Positions 47,908 through 56,050 of a DNA stretch of 56,305 nucleotides are shown here, piece after piece; position 1 is the stretch's first letter, and the number at the start of each line of letters is the position of its first letter. The notes under the pieces were generated by a model. The model did no database searches and was not told the origin of the DNA. It saw only the letters and a list, made by a program, of their open reading frames with translations. Source of the stretch: a virus (Duplodnaviria; Caudoviricetes). Made by a program: the position numbers and the translations under genes. The stretch is from positions 1 to 56,305 of IMG/VR virus record IMGVR_UViG_3300016469_000460, one strand, 5' to 3'.

Positions 47908-48717
47908 TCAAATGTATTGTTTCAGCTTTGGCATAATAGCGGCAAGCCTATCGAATATTTCAGGGTAGTAGTATTTCAAGAAAACCGCTTGTCCTTGATT
48001 CGTTCTTGCCGATGGTAGAATCCAAGACTTTCGGATTTGTTCAGGGCTATCTACGAATGCTGTTTTGAAATATACATCAAAGATAGGGATATTTCTCGAA
48101 AAAAGATAGGCAAAGACATCGCTTGCACTCCAATCGGCTAAGGGTTGGCATACAAATTCATTATCTCGCTTGCAATAATACCAATATCCGTTTTTTAAAA
48201 AGTTCATTCGCCTTGCCTTGCTTTCCTCAGCTCGAAGACCTAGTAAGACAGCACCGACATTGTTAGCCTGCTTATAGTCCCGAATAAGATTGTAAAAAAA
48301 ATCATTGGCGAACTTGATGCCTCGGCTGTGGATGTCGTCGGAAAAGTCAATTTCTTTGATATACTCCCAAGGGTCTTTCTCGGGTGAAAGTATGTCCACT
48401 TGATAGCGGAACATTTCACTTATCGTTTTGATGTATTCTAGTTCTCCGGGGAAATCCATCGTATCTTTTTCCGTCACAGCTCGAATCGGTAGCCGATTAT
48501 CATAAAAAATACTTGCTATGAGGTGCAGCATGGCCGTACTATCTTTTCCACCGCTCCACATGGCCCTACATTGAGTTACAATATTCGGAACCGCTTCATC
48601 AATTGCGTGAAAGAAATCATAGACCACCGTTTGCGCTTTTTCCACCTTTTTTTTGAAGGCAGAAGTATTGGCACGAAGCATATACATTTCGTGCCAATAT
48701 TCTATCGGTTTTTCCAT
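47908..48717 (-). CDS. cysH: PAPS-reductase-family (CysH-like) PP-loop protein associated with type IV-B
   Basis: PP-loop WSGGKDSTAM, LGLRAEESKAR, PLADWSASDVFAY; adjacent to csf3. Confidence 0.88.
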   Translation of the reverse strand: MEKPIEYWHEMYMLRANTSAFKKKVEKAQTVVYDFFHAIDEAVPNIVTQCRAMWSGGKDSTAMLHLIASIFYDNRLPIRAVTEKDTMDFPGELEYIKTISEMFRYQVDILSPEKDPWEYIKEIDFSDDIHSRGIKFANDFFYNLIRDYKQANNVGAVLLGLRAEESKARRMNFLKNGYWYYCKRDNEFVCQPLADWSASDVFAYLFSRNIPIFDVYFKTAFVDSPEQIRKSWILPSARTNQGQAVFLKYYYPEIFDRLAAIMPKLKQYI

Positions 48718-48720
48718 TGG

Positions 48721-49347
48721 CTATTTTTGATTATTCCAATCGCTTTCGAGCTTTTTCCCAATTTCGTTATCATTGAAATGCAAAACAACTTTTTGAGGAT
48801 TTTTAGCGGCTTGCTTTCTCTTGATTTCCGCTTCGATAGCTGCGAAAATTGCGGCTGCGGTGTCAATGAGTTCATTCATATAACCATCTTCATCATTTTC
48901 TAAGACGGCCTTTGCAATTTCCCCACATTCCTCACCGATAATCAATGCCCACTTTTCTTTGCTGTGATTATCTTGACATCCGAACTTTTTCATTTGGGCA
49001 TATCGCTTACGGATAATGCCGTTAATGATTTTGTAGTTGATTGCAGCGAAATCGGTTCTTTCATCTTCAAATAGGCCGTTATTAAAGATTTCAGCAAATT
49101 TAGTGACCTTGAATCCTTCTTGCAGATTCATCCATTGCCCCTGTCCTTCGTTTTCATTGACTTGATATTCCAAAACGTCAATAGCACGCGGTTTATATGT
49201 GCCTTTTTCGGTAGAAGTAGAAGCGAGAATGCAGATGTAAAAACCTGTTCTTTCAGGCTTGTAGCTTTGGGCATTGAGCCAAAGTCCGAACATAATTCCA
49301 CTTTCGGAATCCATGTATTTCTTACTGTCTAATGATAGTTCTTTCAT
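48721..49347 (-). CDS. Protein with MazG-like NTP pyrophosphohydrolase domain
   Basis: KFGCQDNH..WALIIGEECGEIAKAVL...ELIDTAAA, the ExxE...ExxD pattern. Confidence 0.75.
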   Translation of the reverse strand: MKELSLDSKKYMDSESGIMFGLWLNAQSYKPERTGFYICILASTSTEKGTYKPRAIDVLEYQVNENEGQGQWMNLQEGFKVTKFAEIFNNGLFEDERTDFAAINYKIINGIIRKRYAQMKKFGCQDNHSKEKWALIIGEECGEIAKAVLENDEDGYMNELIDTAAAIFAAIEAEIKRKQAAKNPQKVVLHFNDNEIGKKLESDWNNQK

Positions 49348-49359
49348 TGAATAGATTGA

Positions 49360-49779
49360 TTATTTATTGTGCTTGTAAAATTCGGCAAAGTAAAATTTCC
49401 AATTTCTTATTTTACCGTTTTCATCAATGTTCATAATGATATAATCGCCTTCATTATCTCTTTTTGGCGACATGGTGCGAGGCACATACTCATTTTTAAG
49501 TTCGCAAATAACATTATGCTCATCATCAATGACCTTGCAAGAAAAACCGTCACAAACCTTGTAATGAACACTTGCGGTAGTGCCTTGGGGCCAATCCGAA
49601 ATAATACCCGAATCAATATCAATGGATATACTCCAAATATTGGATTTGAGAAACGGCATTAAGTTTCCTTCATAGTCTTCTATGCCGTTCACTTTTGCAT
49701 CTTCTGGGTATCGGACGCGTGCAATCACTTCAAGCGTTTTAAGCTCGATTTCCTTCGGAATATATATTGTTGCCTTCAT
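49360..49779 (-). CDS. Conserved hypothetical phage protein
   Basis: VRYPEDAKVNG...WPQG..ASVHYKVCD...YVP...GDYIIMNIDENGKI..W. Confidence 0.7.
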   Translation of the reverse strand: MKATIYIPKEIELKTLEVIARVRYPEDAKVNGIEDYEGNLMPFLKSNIWSISIDIDSGIISDWPQGTTASVHYKVCDGFSCKVIDDEHNVICELKNEYVPRTMSPKRDNEGDYIIMNIDENGKIRNWKFYFAEFYKHNK

Positions 49780-49810
49780 AGAATTATTGAAAAGGTAAAA
49801 AATGATGTTT

Positions 49811-50500
49811 TCAGTCTATACACTTTTGAAAGTGCAATTTCATTTTTGTGAGGTCAACGCAGCATAGGTGATTGTAGCCCTGCTTATTGAAAACACATCC
49901 GTTGTCAATGTTTAAAACTTGGAAATGTTCAAGCTCCGAAAAGCGTTCCTCTATCTCATGTCTTGTTTGTGGTGTGTGACCATGCACTATGATTCTTTCA
50001 CCCAACCAACTATATTTAACCGAATCCGTCCACTTTCTTATCCAAAGCATGGATTGTTTGTCATCAAATAGGGAGCCTTGGTTGAAGTTCAATCCTGCAT
50101 GCACGAAGATGAACCCTTTCGATTCGACATAATATTCCATTGCATGGCAAAAATCAAGATATGATTGGGGAATATCCTGAATAGAATTTGGAATATTACC
50201 GTCTATTGCAAAACTGTCGAGTGCTTGCCTTCCACCATTGACGTTCCAAAAATAAAGATTTTCATAATTTTCGCCACTTTCCAACATCATTTGTTCATGG
50301 TTGCCGCGTAAGGCTGTCACTTTGTAGCCCGATTCTTTGAGCTTCATAATCCTATCCAAGACCTGTTTACTTGCAGGGCCTCTATCTATGTAGTCACCCA
50401 ATAGGAAAAGTTCATCTTGCTTGCTAAGACCTATTTTGTCGAGCATGGCCGCAAAGGTCTTATCGCAGCCGTGAATGTCGGATATGGCAAAAATTGACAT
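49811..50500 (-). CDS. Metallophosphoesterase (lambda-PP/PphA-like Ser/Thr phosphatase family)
   Basis: SDIHG, LGDYIDRG, LRGNHE, FVHAG, VHGHTP and IDNGC. Confidence 0.93.
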   Translation of the reverse strand: MSIFAISDIHGCDKTFAAMLDKIGLSKQDELFLLGDYIDRGPASKQVLDRIMKLKESGYKVTALRGNHEQMMLESGENYENLYFWNVNGGRQALDSFAIDGNIPNSIQDIPQSYLDFCHAMEYYVESKGFIFVHAGLNFNQGSLFDDKQSMLWIRKWTDSVKYSWLGERIIVHGHTPQTRHEIEERFSELEHFQVLNIDNGCVFNKQGYNHLCCVDLTKMKLHFQKCID

Positions 50501-50502
50501 GG

Positions 50503-50685
50503 TTATTTTTTTTCAATTAACAAGACTATTTTCTTTAGCGAATGAAACACATATAGCAAATTTCCAAACATCAAAATCCAAAATAACACATCGCTTGGAT
50601 TTTTTTGGATGTGCTGAATGGAAACAATACTTGCATATATGCTGAATATCAATAAGAAGATATGCAATATAAGATTTTTTTTCAT
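50503..50685 (-). CDS. Small membrane protein (2 TM)
   Basis: Two hydrophobic helices; tightly packed between csf2 and the phosphatase. Confidence 0.6.
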   Translation of the reverse strand: MKKNLILHIFLLIFSIYASIVSIQHIQKNPSDVLFWILMFGNLLYVFHSLKKIVLLIEKK

Positions 50686-50705
50686 GTGTTTTTTTCAGGA
50701 TTGAG

Positions 50706-51977
50706 CTACGCTTTAAACTTTTTCCCGTTAACCTCTTTTTTAGCAGCAAAGAAGCTTTGAATTTCCGCTTTTCTACTGTCAAGGTAATTCAAGTAATGAC
50801 TTTCATCACAAGAGAAAAATGGCATATCAAAGCCGATTTCCCCATGCGCTACACTAGATTTTCCACCAATGTAACCGTTTTGCTTCAATAGGTTCAGGGT
50901 ATGGTATAGACAAGAAATAAGCAGGGGCATATCTTCAAAGATAGGTTCGATAGCTAATTTCAATTCAAGCTCCGTGCCTGTGACAAAACTTTCAGTCCAA
51001 TATAACATCTGTTGAGGGTTGTCAGACTTTTTGCCCGTGCCTTCGTTTTCTAGTACCTTCATTCGCTTTTCATCTTTCAAAATGTCGCTTCGAGTTCCGA
51101 AAACAAAAGAGGTCAATTCCCAATGTGATATGTCCCCATTTCCAAGCTCTGTGCATCTTGGAACGGCATGGGAAATATTCAAAGCTCCCTCTATCATATC
51201 CGAACCTTTGGCGGTTCCGAACAGCCCTAGCGGTGGACACATATAGACTTCTTGCAGGCGCTTGTCAATCTCAATCTTACCCGTACTATCAGTAAGCGCA
51301 CCGCCCGAAAAGTATTCATAATATTCCTTGACGCTCAGTTTTCCGATAAGCTCCATTCGCTCAAAGAAAAACATCATTGCCAAATCTCGAAGACTATGAC
51401 GGATAGAGTTACCGGAAATAACCGGAATTTGCTCTATGTTTTTTGTAAGCAAAATATTACGCTCCAAGATGTTAATTTCGCCCACCATAGAAACAAATCG
51501 TTTGCAAGTAACATCTTCATCACTTGCGATTGTTTCTTTCAAATTTCGGAATCCTAGGAACAAATATTGTAGTTCGGTTCGGATAAGGTGCAAAAACTCA
51601 AAGTCACTGAATAGAGAAAGCATATTGAATAGCTCATCATTTTGCATTCCTCGAATGCCGAACTTTGCCCCGAACTTTGAAAGAAAGTCCGGTATGTCAG
51701 CAGCGAAAGCGGAAATAGTCAAGGCAGAAAAGAACTCATCATAGATACTGCTTTTTCTTTGTTGCCTTGTTTCGGATGGGATTTCTCGCCACAGCAGATA
51801 TAAAATTTCTATCGCTGCAATTCGAGCGTGCTTTTTTGAGTGGAATTTTGTTGTGATGGTAGTAGGCTCTATCACAAAAGGTTCGCGTCTATGAAGTTTA
51901 ACATTGCCTGTATTTTGATTGTCAGAGCCGCAATGTAGGGCCTGCAATGCCTTGATGTTGATGGTAGTTTTGAACAT
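50706..51977 (-). CDS. csf2: Type IV CRISPR-associated Csf2 (Cas7-like RAMP) with inserted Cas11-like small-subunit domain
   Basis: IKALQALHCG, IPVISGNSIRHSLRD, FSGGAL, PPLGLFG, GTRSD, QQMLY and IGGKSSVAHG; about 140-aa helical insert at aa ~39-180. Confidence 0.88.
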   Translation of the reverse strand: MFKTTINIKALQALHCGSDNQNTGNVKLHRREPFVIEPTTITTKFHSKKHARIAAIEILYLLWREIPSETRQQRKSSIYDEFFSALTISAFAADIPDFLSKFGAKFGIRGMQNDELFNMLSLFSDFEFLHLIRTELQYLFLGFRNLKETIASDEDVTCKRFVSMVGEINILERNILLTKNIEQIPVISGNSIRHSLRDLAMMFFFERMELIGKLSVKEYYEYFSGGALTDSTGKIEIDKRLQEVYMCPPLGLFGTAKGSDMIEGALNISHAVPRCTELGNGDISHWELTSFVFGTRSDILKDEKRMKVLENEGTGKKSDNPQQMLYWTESFVTGTELELKLAIEPIFEDMPLLISCLYHTLNLLKQNGYIGGKSSVAHGEIGFDMPFFSCDESHYLNYLDSRKAEIQSFFAAKKEVNGKKFKA

Positions 51978-51997
51978 TGTTTTGTTATTTTTTCAGA

Positions 51998-52714
51998 TTA
52001 TTGTTTTGTAAGGCCCTTAATGAGTAGGTGAAACCAAAGGTCGTTTCGATAGCCTTGAAGTATGTCATTTCCTGCCATGTAAGCATCCGAACCATAAGCC
52101 TCAATTTTGGCAAAATTAGTGCTTCCTGCCAAAATCTCCTGTTTGGTAAAGTGTGTTAGTTCGGTAGCCATGCCGCGCGTTTTCTCGGTAACGGTGTACC
52201 ACTTTTGAACGATGGGCAGTATCTCCATTGCCTTAGTTCTGTCGAATAGTACGGGGCCAATTTCGGTTTGTACGGAAAAAATGTCGTTGTTATAATTGAC
52301 CTCAGCTTTGAAAGAAGTATGCTTTTGGGCTTTGGAGCTTTGAAGTGAACCAACGCAAAAAACAAAGGGCGTTTCCTTGTCAGCTAGTAGGTGCTTCAAT
52401 AGGTTTTCGCTATTCAGTAGTACCAAGTTTTGTTCACTCGCAAAAAAGCTATATTTTCTAAGCTCTGAAAAACTATCTCCTATCGGTAAGGTAGGCTTGA
52501 TGCACAAGGCAACATCTATGCTGATATAATCGGAATTGAATTTCAAGCTATCCCAATCCGTGAAATTGGAGGATAGTATTTTCTTACTATATCCGCTTTC
52601 GATTTCCTGCCCTGTGAAAGCACAAATTTGAAGGCACTTGAACTGTATGGGTGGATGGTCCAAACCTGATTTATTCAAGTGCCTTGCTATGATGTTACAA
52701 GCGTGCTTTTTCAT
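51998..52714 (-). CDS. csf1: Type IV CRISPR-associated Csf1 (Cas8-like large subunit)
   Basis: CAFTG, SSNFTDWD, LRKYSF, PFVFCV, QKHTSFKAEVN and FTKQEILAG motifs; upstream of csf2. Confidence 0.78.
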   Translation of the reverse strand: MKKHACNIIARHLNKSGLDHPPIQFKCLQICAFTGQEIESGYSKKILSSNFTDWDSLKFNSDYISIDVALCIKPTLPIGDSFSELRKYSFFASEQNLVLLNSENLLKHLLADKETPFVFCVGSLQSSKAQKHTSFKAEVNYNNDIFSVQTEIGPVLFDRTKAMEILPIVQKWYTVTEKTRGMATELTHFTKQEILAGSTNFAKIEAYGSDAYMAGNDILQGYRNDLWFHLLIKGLTKQ

Positions 52715-54302
52715 CTACTTGTTCAAGTGCTACGATACAACCTGTTGTTAGGAAAAGTCCACCGATGGAAGCGGCATTTTGTAGGGCAATACGTGTCACT
52801 TTCACGGGGTCAATAACACGCATTTCAATCATATTGCCATACTTTCCGGTTCTTGCGTTATACCCGAAATTCATTTCAGGGCTTTCCAAGACCTTTTGGA
52901 CAATCAAGGTGCTTTCCTTGCCTGCATTTTCGACAATGCACTTGATAGGTGCTTGGAGGGCATTTTTAACGATGTTAATACCCATTGTTTCATCTGCATT
53001 TTCACCTACCAAATTTTCAAGGGCTTGGATGCAGCGAATCAAAGCGATGCCGCCGCCAGGTACTATACCCTCTTCAATCGCTGCATTAGTAGCGTGAATT
53101 GCGTCATCAATACGGTCTTTCTTTTCTTTGACCTCTGTATCGCTATTACCACCAACGTAGATGATGGACACGCCGCCTGAAATCTTTGCAAGTCTTTCTT
53201 TGTAATATTTTTGCTCCGATTCCGTATTAGCAACTCTGAGTTTGGCGTATAGGCTTTGCATCAAGCCCTTGACACTTTCTTGCGAACCCTGAGCATTGAT
53301 AATTAAAGTCTTGTTCGACTTGATAGAAATAGCCTCACAGCGTCCCAAGTCATCAATTTTGACATCTTCAAGTTTCAGATTCATTTCATCTGAAATGACC
53401 TTTGTTCCGGTCATAATGGCAATATCCTTCAAAGCATCCTCTTTTCTATCGCCAAAATTTGGAGCTTTGACAGCAATCATAGGGCGATTATATTGGACAG
53501 TTTGCAGCAGCATTGTAGCCAATACCGTTTCATGGAAATACTCAGCTACAACAACAATTGGCTTGCCTTTGGCGGCTACTGCTTCCAAGATGGGAACAAT
53601 CATTGAAATGTCAACAATTCGTTTATTTGTTACCAAGATAAGCGGATTATCCAAGTAACATTCGTTCCGGTCAGCACGATTGACAAAGTTTTGAGATGTA
53701 TAGCCCGAATCGAACTCAAAGCCCAACATTTTTTCCAAGCGGTCTTCGGTGGTTTTTGATTCCAAGACTGTGACCATGCCATTGCTTGCCGATTTTCGCA
53801 CCGCCTCGGCTACTAACTTGCCTACATTCACATCGCCATTTGCAGAAATTTCGGCTACTGTGTCGGTGAATGAATTGAACTCCGATTCATTACTAGTGTC
53901 AAATTTGACGGCCATTTCTTGTAAGGCGCTTACTACTGCTTCAACTGCCTTGTCAATGCCGCGTTTCAATCCCATCGGTTGCGCTCCTGCTTGAATGAGC
54001 TTGAAGCCTTCTTGAATGATGGAATAGGCAATTACTGTGGCGGTGGTAGTTCCGTCCCCTGCTAATTCGGCTGTTTTTTTGGCGGCTTGCTTCACGAGCT
54101 GTACCGCGTCATTTTCTACGTTATCAGATAGGAATATTTCATTGGCAACGGAAACACCGTCTTTAGTAATGACGGGAGGGCCATATTTTTTAGATAGAAT
54201 GACAGGCTTGCCAGCAGGCCCTAGCGTGCTTGAAACTGCATCGTATAGTTTTTTGATGCCTGCAAGCATCTTTTTTTGAGGGTTTTTGATAACTTTTTTC
54301 AT
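52695..54302 (-). CDS. groEL: Chaperonin GroEL
   Basis: STLGPAG, ITKDGVSVA, AGDGTTTATV, FDSGY, IEEGIVPGGG and IDPVKVTRIALQNAAS. Confidence 0.97.
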   Translation of the reverse strand: MKKVIKNPQKKMLAGIKKLYDAVSSTLGPAGKPVILSKKYGPPVITKDGVSVANEIFLSDNVENDAVQLVKQAAKKTAELAGDGTTTATVIAYSIIQEGFKLIQAGAQPMGLKRGIDKAVEAVVSALQEMAVKFDTSNESEFNSFTDTVAEISANGDVNVGKLVAEAVRKSASNGMVTVLESKTTEDRLEKMLGFEFDSGYTSQNFVNRADRNECYLDNPLILVTNKRIVDISMIVPILEAVAAKGKPIVVVAEYFHETVLATMLLQTVQYNRPMIAVKAPNFGDRKEDALKDIAIMTGTKVISDEMNLKLEDVKIDDLGRCEAISIKSNKTLIINAQGSQESVKGLMQSLYAKLRVANTESEQKYYKERLAKISGGVSIIYVGGNSDTEVKEKKDRIDDAIHATNAAIEEGIVPGGGIALIRCIQALENLVGENADETMGINIVKNALQAPIKCIVENAGKESTLIVQKVLESPEMNFGYNARTGKYGNMIEMRVIDPVKVTRIALQNAASIGGLFLTTGCIVALEQVDEKARL

Positions 54303-54474
54303 CGCTGTTTTTATTTTTAACTTTAAAACAAGTAAGCCCGAAAGACAATCACCTTATCACCGTTAAGAAACGTTATGCAATCTTACAGCACACACTAAGC
54401 TTACATGAAAATAGCTAGCATGAACCTATATTTTTCTTCTTGCCGCTCATTTTCGTTTCTTTTTGGTCGTGTCG

Positions 54475-54547
54475 AGCCGAAAATAGGAATCGAACCTACA
54501 ACCCCCTAATTACAAATTAGGCGCTCTGCCAATTGAGCTATTTCGGC
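54475..54547 (-). tRNA. tRNA-Thr(UGU)
   Basis: GCCGAAA acceptor stem, TAGCTCAATTGGCAGAGC D arm, CCTAA-TT-TGT-AA-TTAGG anticodon arm, GTAGG-TTCGATT-CCTAT T arm; CCA not encoded. Confidence 0.95.
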
Positions 54548-54583
54548 GTGAATGATGTATGAAGATGTAAAAAATGTTGTTAC

Positions 54584-54619
54584 AAAAAAAGCGACACGGC
54601 TTTCAAGAACCGCGCCGCT
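54584..54619 (-). terminator. Rho-independent terminator-like hairpin upstream of the tRNA
   Basis: Minus strand AGCGGCGCGGTT...AGCCGTGTCGCT followed by T6. Confidence 0.65.
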
Positions 54620-55193
54620 CAAATTATAGATGTCCGGCCATTGCATAAGGGCAAAGCTTTGAATCGTACCGCATTGGTGCGCACCTAGTGCGTATAAGAT
54701 TCTGACTTTGGATTTTACCATTTCGGGCATTCACTCTTTTTTGATGGGAACTTTCACCCATCCCCCTCGCTATCCTCTTGAATGTTGTCGAACCAAAAAA
54801 AACGAAGGCTTTGGCTTACCCTACCGACCTTAGAACGCATCTTGTTTTCAAGCTGCTACGGCCTTCGTTTTTACAAAAATTATTCAAATGATAAAAATGG
54901 ACTTGGCAGATACTGCCTATATATGATAAAGTGCTTCGTTTCAAAATATGGGCAACTATCTCCCGACTGCTGCCCACCCAAAATTTACCCTAAAAAACCT
55001 AAAATTATTAACAATTGTACACTATATGAACTCCGTCTTAGAGTTATACAAATCTATAGCTTTTAGTCGAAATTTTCAACAAAATTCAAATTTTTCACGC
55101 CAAAAATTCAAATTTTCGTTAAAATGTAGTTGATTTTTTGCATAATTTTTGACTTGAAACTGAATAAACTATATTTTTACAAAAATAATATCT

Positions 55194-55487
55194 ATGGATA
55201 TAAAAGCTTATCTCGAAAAATTAGACGAAATGCAAAGGACTTGCTTCCTTCGAGATTTCGGATTATTTGCAATTTTCCCCAATGAAAAAATTATCAAAAC
55301 CACCTACGATTCAAATACAGGCTTTGCCTTCTATGCAATGGATAGTAGCATAGGTTTTGATTTTACCGGAAATCTATTCATCACAACCCACCACATTAGC
55401 CCTATGGTAAGCCTTAGAAAGATAGCAGAATTTCTAAGTGGTAGAAACATCGTTTGGGCCATTGAGGAAACACAAGCCAGCTCATAA
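55194..55487 (+). CDS. Hypothetical protein
   Basis: 97-aa ORF with AT-rich leader; first gene of a divergent operon. Confidence 0.65.
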   Translation: MDIKAYLEKLDEMQRTCFLRDFGLFAIFPNEKIIKTTYDSNTGFAFYAMDSSIGFDFTGNLFITTHHISPMVSLRKIAEFLSGRNIVWAIEETQASS

Positions 55488-56050
55488 TGCAAAAACAAAA
55501 GCTTTCCAAGAAAGAGCGCCGCAAGGCACAGAAGTGGCAAAAAATGGCACCGATTGTAAAAACCTACATTGATGCTGATAGGAAGATTGGGGACGCTATG
55601 AAGCTATATAGCAGCTTGCAATCAGCTTGGAAAAGTCGAAAAATATTAGACCTTTTCGATAACAAGTATGTCGAACCCGATGCAGGTTATCCCATCGGAG
55701 GGGATATTAAAGTACATTCGGGCTTTGCCTTTTATGTATTCGACAATTGCAGTAGCATTGTATCGAAAATTTTCAAGCAATCGGAGGCTGTTGGGCTATT
55801 GCCAAAGTCGGACGGATTGATTGACTTTCAAAACCAATTCCCGATTAACGAAAGAACGATGTCCCCTGTGGCTTATATCCATGATATGAAAGACCTCGGT
55901 GGACTTGTATGTCTTCACACGGTTATTGTCAAGGTGGATGGAAAATACAAGATGCTCAATATTTTTTATAACCCTGACCAAGTCAATAGGCTGCCCAAGG
56001 TCATTGAATTTTTGGTCAATAATCTACTTTTGAATGCAACAATATCATGA
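55487..56050 (+). CDS. Hypothetical protein
   Basis: TAATG coupling to the previous ORF. Confidence 0.7.
   Translation: MQKQKLSKKERRKAQKWQKMAPIVKTYIDADRKIGDAMKLYSSLQSAWKSRKILDLFDNKYVEPDAGYPIGGDIKVHSGFAFYVFDNCSSIVSKIFKQSEAVGLLPKSDGLIDFQNQFPINERTMSPVAYIHDMKDLGGLVCLHTVIVKVDGKYKMLNIFYNPDQVNRLPKVIEFLVNNLLLNATIS

Noticed and set aside
47908-48717. cysH as a sulfur-assimilation auxiliary metabolic gene, or as dndC of a phosphorothioation system
   Set aside because: No other cys, dnd or ssp genes are present; adjacency to csf3 matches the type IV-B-associated CysH-like family
54506-55133. Short ORFs 54506..54730, 54782..55066 and 54948..55133
   Set aside because: One overlaps the tRNA and terminator; the others lie in hairpin-rich or AT-rich divergent promoter DNA and have no protein-like features
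44700-55200. CRISPR array or mini-array near the csf genes
   Set aside because: No repeated 25-40 bp unit with spacers was found in any intergenic region; the hairpins present are not copies of one another
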